Below are positions 53,912 through 63,007 of a stretch of DNA of 64,000 nucleotides, one piece after another (the stretch's first letter is position 1; the number at the start of each line of letters is the position of its first letter). The stretch covers positions 4,725,628 to 4,789,627 of the forward strand of contig OZ244198.1 in the NCBI GenBank assembly GCA_965216735.1, read 5' to 3'. The stretch comes from Arenicellales bacterium. Its GTDB lineage: Bacteria; Pseudomonadota; Gammaproteobacteria; Arenicellales; CBDCFT01. The position numbers and the translations under genes are program-made. The notes beneath the pieces are model-generated. The model was not told the DNA's origin. It did not search any database and saw only the letters and a list, made by a program, of their open reading frames with translations.

Positions 53912-53923
53912 TGGTTTGCTTAA

Positions 53924-55720
53924 TTACTGGTGTAACGGCCAAAAAACGAGAAGTAAGGGAACGGCGACAGCGACAATCAGAATTTCCAACGGTAAACCCA
54001 TACGCCAGTAATCCGAAAAATGATAACCACCCGGTCCCATCACTAAGGTATTGGATTGATGGCCGATGGGTGTGAGAAAAGCGCAGGAAGCACCTACCGC
54101 GACAGCCATTAGAAAGGCTTCGGGATTAACGCCCAGTTGTTGGGCGATGCCCAAAGCAATGGGGGCCATTACTAATGCCGTGGCGGCGTTGTTGATAATG
54201 TCCGACAAAAACATGGTAACTACCAATACGAGCGTCAAGATAAGCACAATGGGTAAGCCCGATGTCAAGCCGATAATACTGTTGGCAATTAAGTCGGTAG
54301 CGCCGGTGGTTTCCAGTGCGCGACCCACCGGAATCATCGCGCCCAACAAGACAATCACAGGCCAATCGATTTCGCGATAAAGATTACGCACCGGCAAAAT
54401 ACCGAACAGAATATAAGCAACGATGGCCATGACGAAGGTGACAGTCAAAGGCAACACGCCGAAGACACCGAGTGCGATAGCAATACCGAAAATACTTACC
54501 GCCAAACCGACCCGGCGTTCACGGCTAATGGCGAGATCGCGTTGCGCCAACGGTAACAAACCAAGGTCGGTCATGGTTTCGCCCATAGTTTCTGTAGGCC
54601 CTTCCAACAATAATATATCGCCGGCGCGGAATAGTTGCCGTCGCAAACGCCGCCGCACGGTTTCGCCTTGACGGGCCAATGCCACCAAAGAGACGGTGCG
54701 GTTGGTGTGTCTGCGCAAGAACGCGACCGTGCGACCCTCCAATGGAGAACCGGGTGTGACCACACCTTCGGTCAAAGTGAGATCGGCAGAAGCCAGCTTT
54801 TTAAAGCTTTTGTCTTCCGTGGTGACTAATTCCAGTCCTAATTCATCAATAATCGGTTTTAAACCACCGGGATCAGAACGCAACAGGTAAACATCGTCTT
54901 GTTCGATGATGTGATAAGCAGACACAGGTTGTGCCAAACCGTTTCCACGGGCGAGCCCCATGACATCAATATCGCCGGTATGTAGTTGGTCGACGAATGC
55001 CAAATTCTGCCCAACCAGTGAATTTCCTTCCGGTACTTTGACCTCGGTTAAATATTCTTCGACCTGAAATAATTGTTGCGGTGGGTTTTGTGACAAGCGT
55101 GCTTTGGGTATAAGACGCCAACCGATAATGGTGACAAAAAGGACACCGAGCAAGGCAACCGGCACCCCCACTGGTGAAAATTGAAACATGCCAAAACCGG
55201 TACCGGTTTGTTCCGACTGATAAGTTGCAATAATGATGTTCGGCGGTGTGCCTATCATGGTCGTCATGCCGCCGAGTATGCTGCCGAATGCCAGCGGCAT
55301 TAGCAGCATGGCAGGGGAGCGTTTATGTTCGCTAGCGGTCGCTAAAGCGACCGGTAACATTAATGCTAATGCACCTACATTATTCATGAATGCGGACATG
55401 ACGGTGACCACGCCGGTCAACGCAACCAAATGCACAAACGCGTTAGCAGTAAATGGCAATAGTCTGCGAGCTACTAAATCTACAACACCGGAATTTTTTA
55501 ATGCGTGACTGATGACCAACACCGCGGCTACGGTAACTACCGCGGGGTGGCCAAATCCCGCGAAAGCATCTTGCCCTGGGACCAAACCGAAAGCAACAAC
55601 TGCTAACAAAGCGATAACGGCCACCATGTCGTGACGCAACTTTCCCCATCCGAACAACCCTAGGGTTATCAATAAAACGCTGAATACCGCAATTTGGTCG
55701 GAAGTAAGTTGTTCCAACAT
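53924..55720 (-). CDS. SLC13/DASS-family anion permease with central TrkA-C domains (possible sulfate/dicarboxylate symporter)
   Basis: 598 aa, polytopic. The central soluble region (LTEVKVPEGNSLVGQNL ... ; LTEGVVTPGSPLEGRTV) resembles a TrkA-C pair. The repeated-hairpin ends carry SNTLVMGPGGY. Confidence 0.75.
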   Translation of the reverse strand: MLEQLTSDQIAVFSVLLITLGLFGWGKLRHDMVAVIALLAVVAFGLVPGQDAFAGFGHPAVVTVAAVLVISHALKNSGVVDLVARRLLPFTANAFVHLVALTGVVTVMSAFMNNVGALALMLPVALATASEHKRSPAMLLMPLAFGSILGGMTTMIGTPPNIIIATYQSEQTGTGFGMFQFSPVGVPVALLGVLFVTIIGWRLIPKARLSQNPPQQLFQVEEYLTEVKVPEGNSLVGQNLAFVDQLHTGDIDVMGLARGNGLAQPVSAYHIIEQDDVYLLRSDPGGLKPIIDELGLELVTTEDKSFKKLASADLTLTEGVVTPGSPLEGRTVAFLRRHTNRTVSLVALARQGETVRRRLRRQLFRAGDILLLEGPTETMGETMTDLGLLPLAQRDLAISRERRVGLAVSIFGIAIALGVFGVLPLTVTFVMAIVAYILFGILPVRNLYREIDWPVIVLLGAMIPVGRALETTGATDLIANSIIGLTSGLPIVLILTLVLVVTMFLSDIINNAATALVMAPIALGIAQQLGVNPEAFLMAVAVGASCAFLTPIGHQSNTLVMGPGGYHFSDYWRMGLPLEILIVAVAVPLLLVFWPLHQ

Positions 55721-55881
55721 TGATGGACTAGCAGCTTATTGAAAATGTCTGAGGTGAGTACAATACAAGGCAAAGCTGGGGGAGAAAGCGCAGTTTACAC
55801 GGAGTTTGCGCCTTCGATGCTCCGTATTTTGAGTCTGGTTTTAACGAAGTATTATGCCACATCGGGCTTCTCAAAAAGCTG

Positions 55882-56655
55882 CTAGCTGCGAATGCCGTAA
55901 CCGCGATTTAACAAGTGCAAATTAAATGCGAATAAGGCGGCAATAAACAAACATATAATGAAATAAGATACCCAAAGATTAATATCGGAAATACCCAGAA
56001 AACCGAAGCGGAAGGCGTTAATCATGTAAAGAATGGGATTAGCCAGGGACAGGTTTTGCCAGAACTCTGGAAGTAAATTAATGGAATAAAAAATCCCACC
56101 CAGATAAGTCAATGGTGTGAGCACAAATGTTGGGACAATGGACACGTCGTCAAAGCTTTTAGCAAAAACACCATTTATAAATCCGCCCAGTGCAAACAAG
56201 ACTGAAGTTAGCAAGACCGTGCTGGAAAGAATCCAGATACTATGAATGCGCAGATCGCTAAATATCAACGACACGACGGTCACTACAATGCCAACAGCAA
56301 TACCACGCGACATTCCGCCAATGACATAACCAATCAAGATGATGTAGTTTGGTGTCGGCGAAACCAACAATTCTTCAATCGAGTGTTGAAATTTGGCACT
56401 AAAAAAAGAGGATACCGTGTTGGCATAAGAATTGGTAATCACCGCCATCAAGATTAGTCCGGGCACGATAAAGTCCATATAACGGTAACCTTCCATTTCA
56501 CCAATTCGCGGCCCTATCAAATTTCCAAAAATAACAAAGTACAGCGAAGTGGTGATAACTGGTGGCAAAATGGTCTGTTGCCAAATACGCGTAAAGCGCG
56601 TGATTTCCTTGATCACGATGGTGGACAAGGCAATTAGAATTTGATTGACGCTCAT
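55882..56655 (-). CDS. yadH: ABC-2 type transporter permease
   Basis: KEITRFTRIWQQTILPPVITTSLYFVIFGNLIGPRIGEMEGYRYMDFIVPGLILMAVITNSYANTVSSFFSAKFQHSIEELLVSP closely parallels E. coli YadH. Confidence 0.85.
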   Translation of the reverse strand: MSVNQILIALSTIVIKEITRFTRIWQQTILPPVITTSLYFVIFGNLIGPRIGEMEGYRYMDFIVPGLILMAVITNSYANTVSSFFSAKFQHSIEELLVSPTPNYIILIGYVIGGMSRGIAVGIVVTVVSLIFSDLRIHSIWILSSTVLLTSVLFALGGFINGVFAKSFDDVSIVPTFVLTPLTYLGGIFYSINLLPEFWQNLSLANPILYMINAFRFGFLGISDINLWVSYFIICLFIAALFAFNLHLLNRGYGIRS

Positions 56656-57584
56656 TGACTTTGTTGAGAACGGCGATCGCCCACGAGACCCATAAATAGC
56701 TGTTCCAATCGATTCGATTTGTTGCGCATGCTAGAAACTTCAATCCCATGACGAGAGAGTTCGGCAAACACCGGATTAATCCCAGCATCTTTTGCAACAT
56801 CGACTTCGATTGTGGAGTCGTCTACTAGACGCATGCAAAAACCGTTGTGATCGGGTAGTCGATCTAATGGGTCACTAATATCCAGCACAAACGTTTCCAC
56901 GTTGAGTTGTCTAAGCAGCGCTTTCATGCTGGTGTTTTCTACCAACCGTCCATGATCAATAATCGCAATATTGCGGCAAAGACTTTCCGCTTCTTCCAAG
57001 TAGTGCGTCGTTAGAATAATTGTTGTTCCTTCCGCGTTTATTTTTTTTAAGAACTCCCACATGGATCGACGAATTTCGATATCTACGCCTGCAGTCGGCT
57101 CATCCAGAATGAGCAGTTTCGGTTGATGAATCAATGCGCGTGCGATCATCAAACGCCGCTTCATACCACCAGACAATGCCCGTGCCTGGCCATTGCGTTT
57201 GTCCCATAATCCGAGTTGATTTAAGTATTGCTGTGCTCGTTCATGCGCCAAACGCCGTTCGATGCCGTAGTATCCTGCCTGATTGACTACAATTTGTAAC
57301 GGCGTTTCAAACATATTGAAATTGAACTCTTGTGGAACGACGCCAAGATAGGATTTCGCTGTCGGGAAATCACGATCAATATCGACGCCAAAAATTTCGA
57401 CCTTCCCTGCTGTTTTATTCACCAACGAGCAAATGATACCGATAGCGGTCGATTTGCCGGCGCCATTTGGCCCCAGCAGGGCAAAGAAATCGCCTTGGGC
57501 TACTTCAAGATCGATACCGTGCAAGGCGGTCAAGCCGTTGGCATAGGTTTTTTTCAATCCTCGGATGGACAGGGCGGTGATCAT
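56652..57584 (-). CDS. yadG: ABC transporter ATP-binding protein
   Basis: Walker A GPNGAGKST, signature LSGGMKRR, Walker B LLILDEPT. There is a 4-bp overlap with yadH. Confidence 0.9.
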   Translation of the reverse strand: MITALSIRGLKKTYANGLTALHGIDLEVAQGDFFALLGPNGAGKSTAIGIICSLVNKTAGKVEIFGVDIDRDFPTAKSYLGVVPQEFNFNMFETPLQIVVNQAGYYGIERRLAHERAQQYLNQLGLWDKRNGQARALSGGMKRRLMIARALIHQPKLLILDEPTAGVDIEIRRSMWEFLKKINAEGTTIILTTHYLEEAESLCRNIAIIDHGRLVENTSMKALLRQLNVETFVLDISDPLDRLPDHNGFCMRLVDDSTIEVDVAKDAGINPVFAELSRHGIEVSSMRNKSNRLEQLFMGLVGDRRSQQSQ

Positions 57585-57685
57585 AGAATCGGTTATGGGT
57601 AAAGCGCTACAGATAAGATCGGATCGTTAGTTATGGTGCTAAAGGGTTTAAATTTCAACTATAGCCCCGAGATACGAGTCCATGA

Positions 57686-59020
57686 TTACTGTTTTAGCAC
57701 GACTTTTTGGTAAAGGTTTTTTAACTTAGATTGAGGGTCGTAACGTGCTTTTAGATTTTCGTAACGTTCTCGGTTGTACTTCGACCAAAATTCTTGTTCG
57801 GAAAAATAACAATCCGAGTACAGTGATTTAATTCCACCGAGTGCCGCGACTTTTTTCTCGATCAGACGATTGTAGTGTCCGGGCGGGTGATTTTGCCGGT
57901 TACGCACCACATCCCAAAATCCGAAATTGATGTACAGTTTCTCTGGATCCATCGGATAAAGATCAAATGCTACGGACTTGTCGAAAGTCCCAATAGGACA
58001 TATCCAAATGGGCTTGATTCCAATTTCACGTTGAAAAAATGCTAAAAACTCGGCGGCGTTTTCAATGGGGATATCCACATCTTGGATAACGGATTCCGGT
58101 TGATTGCCTACCAGCCGATTTAATCTGCGTGTCACACCCCAGTGCGTGTTCCAACGCATGACTTTGGTATAAGTGCGCGAGTTCAGGCGTTGTTTGCCGA
58201 GCAGACGGCGCATGAATTGATTTTGCACATACAAATTCTTTGAGCACCAAAACCAATCTGTGTCCCAGCGCCAAATGTAATCGTGTACAGATAGATAATC
58301 TTTTTCTTTTCTGCGGATGGATTGGTAGTAGATATCGAGATAGGTGTAGTCGTTGGTAAATGGTGCTTCATCAACAAAGCAACCGGTAGTGACATACAAT
58401 TCATTTTTGTTAAATACACTGCCGTCAACAAAATCCACACCGCTGTTGCAAGCGTGTTCGATTTGCTCAAATAATTCTGGAGCGTTGCTGCAGCGCCTGT
58501 GTCGAATTTCGACATAAGGTTTGACCGGAACAGTCGATGCCTTGAGTTTTAAAATATACCCCAGTGTTCCATAGGAATTAGGGAAACCGTAAAACAAGTC
58601 TTTATGTTCGTTGTCTGGTGTGCAAGTAACGACTTCGCCATGACCGAGTAATACATCCATTTCCAAAACGGTTTCATGCGGCAAACCGTATTTGAACGAT
58701 GATGATTCGATGCCAATTCCAGAAATCGCGCCGCCTATGGTGATGGTCTTTAACTGGGGCACTACGGCAGGCATAACGCCATGCGGCAAGGTGCCATCAA
58801 CCAAACGTTGGTAGGTCGTCATGCCTTCCACTTCAACCCAGGCCTGCTCTGCATCAACTGCAAGAACATTGTTAAAGTCCTTAACGTTAAGCGTCTGGTT
58901 AGGTGTTTGTTCGCGGTCACGGAACAGATTCGAGGTCTGTTTTCCGAGGCGAACATTACCAGCAGGCGCGGATGCGATTTCAGCAATGAGTCGTTGTTTC
59001 TTATCTGTATAGTCCAACAT
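57686..59020 (-). CDS. FAD-binding (PCMH-type) oxidoreductase, DHCR24/Diminuto-like
   Basis: LKTITIGGAISGIGIESSSFKYGLPHETV is the FAD_binding_4 region. The C-terminal part carries YIWRWDTDWFW. Confidence 0.65.
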   Translation of the reverse strand: MLDYTDKKQRLIAEIASAPAGNVRLGKQTSNLFRDREQTPNQTLNVKDFNNVLAVDAEQAWVEVEGMTTYQRLVDGTLPHGVMPAVVPQLKTITIGGAISGIGIESSSFKYGLPHETVLEMDVLLGHGEVVTCTPDNEHKDLFYGFPNSYGTLGYILKLKASTVPVKPYVEIRHRRCSNAPELFEQIEHACNSGVDFVDGSVFNKNELYVTTGCFVDEAPFTNDYTYLDIYYQSIRRKEKDYLSVHDYIWRWDTDWFWCSKNLYVQNQFMRRLLGKQRLNSRTYTKVMRWNTHWGVTRRLNRLVGNQPESVIQDVDIPIENAAEFLAFFQREIGIKPIWICPIGTFDKSVAFDLYPMDPEKLYINFGFWDVVRNRQNHPPGHYNRLIEKKVAALGGIKSLYSDCYFSEQEFWSKYNRERYENLKARYDPQSKLKNLYQKVVLKQ

Positions 59021-59598
59021 TAAACAATCATTTTCGCTGACACATTGACCAAACGATGCACGATCAATTTCACGGCATCACATGTTGTTTTATCTTTCAG
59101 CTTCCCCTGTTCATCGAAAGCCTGATGCGCCTGTGGTATGGCCTTTTGCTCCGGTATGACAAGCATATTGAGATTACCCAAAATCATGCGTACCGTGACC
59201 AGCGTGCACAAACCACCCAGTGCTCCCGGCGAGGCGGCAAGCAAAGCGGCTACTTTACCGCTAAATGCAATCAATGATGCTTCATCCGGTTCCGGCCGCG
59301 ATGTCCAGTCGATGGCATTTTTTAACACACCGGTGATGGAACTGTTGTATTCGGGTGCGGCAATCAGAAATCCGTGGTGTTCGCACATGAGCCGTTTTAG
59401 CTTTTTAGCATTCTCCGGCAGACCTTGTTCGTTTTCCAAATCGCCGTCGTACAAGGGCATGGGATAGTCGCGCAGATCAATTTGTGTCACTTCGGCCCCA
59501 GCATCGCGAGCCATTTGCGCAGCGACGCGAACAAGTTTTTTGTTGTATGACCCGCTTCGGGTGCTACCGGCGAAAGCAAGTATTTTTGGTTGTTTCAT
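59020..59598 (-). CDS. NADPH-dependent FMN reductase
   Basis: KILAFAGSTRSGSYNKKL ... EYNSSITGVLKNAIDW are flavodoxin-like reductase motifs. Confidence 0.75.
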   Translation of the reverse strand: MKQPKILAFAGSTRSGSYNKKLVRVAAQMARDAGAEVTQIDLRDYPMPLYDGDLENEQGLPENAKKLKRLMCEHHGFLIAAPEYNSSITGVLKNAIDWTSRPEPDEASLIAFSGKVAALLAASPGALGGLCTLVTVRMILGNLNMLVIPEQKAIPQAHQAFDEQGKLKDKTTCDAVKLIVHRLVNVSAKMIV

Positions 59599-59751
59599 TG
59601 TAAGTCTGTTAATTCATTCAAATCATTAAATATAGGGGAACACACCACTAAAACCTTAGAAAAAACACCTTTGCGTACGGGAATGACACGCATAAAATTG
59701 GACCTAAGTTTAACCAATAAAACATTTCATTTTACTGAATGAGGATGTTGT

Positions 59752-61059
59752 ATGCCGGATTTTAAGACGCTTGACGTATCTGAGCTGGAAGCGCTGGAAC
59801 AAACGCTGACCACGCGCTATGAGAATTTTCGCGAGCAAGGACTGGTACTGGACATGACCCGTGGCAAACCTTCGGTGCGCCAATTGAATCTATCGAATGC
59901 CATGTTGGAGTATCCCGGGGTTAATGATTTTACCGCCGATGATGGCACGGATTGCCGTAACTATGGGGGATTGAGCGGTATCCCCCGGATGAAAAAATTG
60001 TTTGCCGATATGTTGCAGGTGACGTCCGAGCAAATCATCGTAGGTGGCAATTCGAGTCTGAACATGATGTACGACGCTTTGGTGCGTGCCTATTTATTTG
60101 GTGTTCCCGGCGGTGACGGATCCTGGATGCAGCAAGGCCCATTAAAATTTTTATGCCCCAGCCCCGGTTATGACCGGCATTTCGCTGTTACCGAACATCT
60201 GGGTTTTAAACTCGTCACCATCGATATGACAGACGCGGGACCCGACCTGGAACAGGTAGCCGCGGCGGTCGCGGAAGATTCGTCGGTTAAGGGAATTTGG
60301 TGCGTACCCAAATACAGCAACCCGACCGGAATCACTTACAGCGAGGAGGTGGTACGTGATTTGGCGAGTATGCCGACCGCAGCGCCGGACTTTCGTATCA
60401 TGTGGGACAATGCTTACGCCGAGCACTATTTTGTTGACCGTCCCGATGCACTGGCCAGTATCTATGAGGCGTGTGTTGAAGCCGGTCATGAGGATCGCGT
60501 ACTCATGTTTGCATCGACTTCAAAGGTGAGTCTGGCGGGGGCGGGGGTGGCGGCCATGGCAGCGAGTCCCGTAAATATCGACGACACCTTGAAACATCTA
60601 GCCATCCAGACCATCGGCCCGGACAAGATAAACCAACTACGCCATGCCCGGCTTTTTGGCGACATCGAAGGTTTACGCGCACACATGCGTCAACATGCGG
60701 AATTAATCAAACCGAAATTCGATATCGTGCAAGAAGTATTACATAACGAATTGGATGGTACCGGTACGGCGAGTTGGACAAATCCCAACGGTGGCTATTT
60801 TGTCAGTCTGGATGTATGGGAGGGTTGTGCCCAGAAAGTCGTTCAAGTAGCTGATGACATCGGTGTGAAATTAACGCAAGCCGGCGCCACCTTTCCCTAC
60901 GGAAAAGACCCGCGCGACCGGAATATCCGCATCGCACCTACATTCCCACGACGGGAAGAAGTAAAGCAATCCATGGAAGTGTTAGCGGTTTGTATTCAAT
61001 TGGTCGCGGTAAAACACTTGTTAGGTAAGGTAGACAATTCCGAGGTGGATAAGCAGTAA
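59752..61059 (+). CDS. PLP-dependent aminotransferase (class I/II fold; aspartate-aminotransferase-like)
   Basis: 435 aa. LDMTRGKPS ... YSNPTG ... FASTSKVSLAGAG contains the SxSK Schiff-base lysine context. Confidence 0.7.
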   Translation: MPDFKTLDVSELEALEQTLTTRYENFREQGLVLDMTRGKPSVRQLNLSNAMLEYPGVNDFTADDGTDCRNYGGLSGIPRMKKLFADMLQVTSEQIIVGGNSSLNMMYDALVRAYLFGVPGGDGSWMQQGPLKFLCPSPGYDRHFAVTEHLGFKLVTIDMTDAGPDLEQVAAAVAEDSSVKGIWCVPKYSNPTGITYSEEVVRDLASMPTAAPDFRIMWDNAYAEHYFVDRPDALASIYEACVEAGHEDRVLMFASTSKVSLAGAGVAAMAASPVNIDDTLKHLAIQTIGPDKINQLRHARLFGDIEGLRAHMRQHAELIKPKFDIVQEVLHNELDGTGTASWTNPNGGYFVSLDVWEGCAQKVVQVADDIGVKLTQAGATFPYGKDPRDRNIRIAPTFPRREEVKQSMEVLAVCIQLVAVKHLLGKVDNSEVDKQ

Positions 61060-61106
61060 ATCTAGCTTGCCACGCGCGGGCAAGCTCGCTCCTGCAATAC
61101 CGACAA

Positions 61107-62246
61107 CTAATCACTCAACAAATTACCCGTTCGGTGAGGTAGAGGGGTTTTACCTGCGATGCGGCACAAGGTCTGTCCTGGCCGGGTGAATCGATCACCG
61201 CGCCGGGCATACATTACACCAGAGGTGCATGATTTTAATTCCGTCCGCGCTGTGACTGCGTCCGGTTTCAATGGGTCGACAATAGTGGCTACAACTTCGC
61301 CTTTTTCGATGTAGTCACCGGGTTGCTTGTGATAGACAACAACGCCCGCCTTGATGGATTTGACCGTATCGACACCAGTCAATGGTGTGGCCTCACATTT
61401 TTCTCCCGGTAACGGACCAGGGTCGCCCGCGATGATTTTCCGCCGTTGCATAAACCGGAACAAGTTGTCGGCATCCTGTCTGGCTCGTGCGTCACTGATA
61501 TCCTTTTCGCCCCTCAATTCCACGGTTGCAGAAAGACAAGCGGGTGGGATTGCCTGCTTGGGAAATTTTTTTGCTAGTTCCCACCACATGCCACCCACTG
61601 CTTCATCGAATGGATGACCACCCGAGACTTCCGCCAGTAAGTTCGCTTCACTGCCTAATTGAGCACACAAGTCCCCAGCGTTCGGCCACAAAGCGGGAGA
61701 GGTGTAAATATGCAAAACCGCTTCCCAGTCGCAATGCAAGTCCAAGCAAATATCGGCATCGAATGCTAAGCGTAACAAGGCGAGACGCAAAGCGGTAAGC
61801 TCATCCGTGGTTGCGACTTCTGCGAGTACTTCGCCCACGGCTGCCCTAATTTCGGCCACATTGGCGTCCGCACTATCGCCCAACCGATCCCTAACTTTAT
61901 CTACAACGCGATTAGTGATATCGGGGTAAAGGCGGTTGAAGTTTTGACCCGAGCTGGATTCAAAGCGCCCTTGCAGGTTACCCAGGTAATGTTGTGACAA
62001 GCCGATTGGGTTTGCCACCGGCACCAGCACCACTTCGCCTGTAATATTTCTATCTTTATCGGCGTCCTTGAGCATGGTTGTGAGATGATGCATCACCAAC
62101 ATGCCAGGGTTTTCGTCCGCATGTAGGGCAGTTTGAATATAAGCTTTAGGTCGTTCGCCTTCGTTACCGAATCGAAATACGGTGAGTGACCGCTGCGTGC
62201 CGCAACTCATCATTGGCAGGGCGATATCCGTCTTTTGAAAGCTCAT
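61107..62246 (-). CDS. succinylglutamate desuccinylase / aspartoacylase family zinc hydrolase
   Basis: AYIQTALHADENPG (HxxE Zn ligands) and a later LDLHCD motif. Confidence 0.7.
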   Translation of the reverse strand: MSFQKTDIALPMMSCGTQRSLTVFRFGNEGERPKAYIQTALHADENPGMLVMHHLTTMLKDADKDRNITGEVVLVPVANPIGLSQHYLGNLQGRFESSSGQNFNRLYPDITNRVVDKVRDRLGDSADANVAEIRAAVGEVLAEVATTDELTALRLALLRLAFDADICLDLHCDWEAVLHIYTSPALWPNAGDLCAQLGSEANLLAEVSGGHPFDEAVGGMWWELAKKFPKQAIPPACLSATVELRGEKDISDARARQDADNLFRFMQRRKIIAGDPGPLPGEKCEATPLTGVDTVKSIKAGVVVYHKQPGDYIEKGEVVATIVDPLKPDAVTARTELKSCTSGVMYARRGDRFTRPGQTLCRIAGKTPLPHRTGNLLSD

Positions 62247-62250
62247 AGGC

Positions 62251-62931
62251 TCAGATCAATAATTCGACCAGTTCAGCCAGGTCTTGCACTTGCGCATGGG
62301 GTTCGTGCTCGTGTTCCCATTCTTGTTGCTTGCGGTTAATCCAAACTGTGCGCATGCCGTAGTCGGCGGCACCCTTTATGTCCTCCACGGGGTGGTCGCC
62401 GATATGTAATACCTCCTCTGCATTCAAGCCAAGTCGATCACAAGCAACATCGAATATCTTGGGATGTGGTTTGAGCACGCCAACCTCCCTCGCATTCACC
62501 GAATGACTGAAGAATTGATTCAACTGTAAACGGACAACATCCGCATTGCCATTGGATAATGCAATGAGAGGGTACTTTTCACTCAAAGCCTGCAATGCAG
62601 GTAACACATCAGGGAAAAGTTCGACATCGTGACGGGCATCGAGAAAAATCTGCAAAACTTGTTCCGCGCCGGATTCATCGTATTCACATTGACGCAATAC
62701 ATAGGCATAAGTTTGCCGCCGCATCTCGGTAAAATCGTGCCCGATACCGGGTTGTTGTTGTAACACTTCGTTGCGTACCGCCCTGATGGCGACAATATCA
62801 AAGTTCTTGACAATGCGAGGGTAATTGTCGGCGAGGAAAGCATGCACTCTCTTTTCCGCTCGGACAATAATGGGCATGATTTCCCACAGTGTATCGTCGA
62901 GATCAATAGAGATGGCTTTTACATCGTCCAT
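62251..62931 (-). CDS. HAD-superfamily hydrolase (subfamily IA)
   Basis: AISIDLDDTLW (DxDxT), LSNGN, and GDHPVEDIKGA motifs. Confidence 0.8.
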   Translation of the reverse strand: MDDVKAISIDLDDTLWEIMPIIVRAEKRVHAFLADNYPRIVKNFDIVAIRAVRNEVLQQQPGIGHDFTEMRRQTYAYVLRQCEYDESGAEQVLQIFLDARHDVELFPDVLPALQALSEKYPLIALSNGNADVVRLQLNQFFSHSVNAREVGVLKPHPKIFDVACDRLGLNAEEVLHIGDHPVEDIKGAADYGMRTVWINRKQQEWEHEHEPHAQVQDLAELVELLI

Positions 62932-63007
62932 AATGTCATATTAAAACATTGTGCGTTGATACAAAATGCACGTTTATTAAACCATTGCCCATAGTCAGTG
63001 CCTGCCC

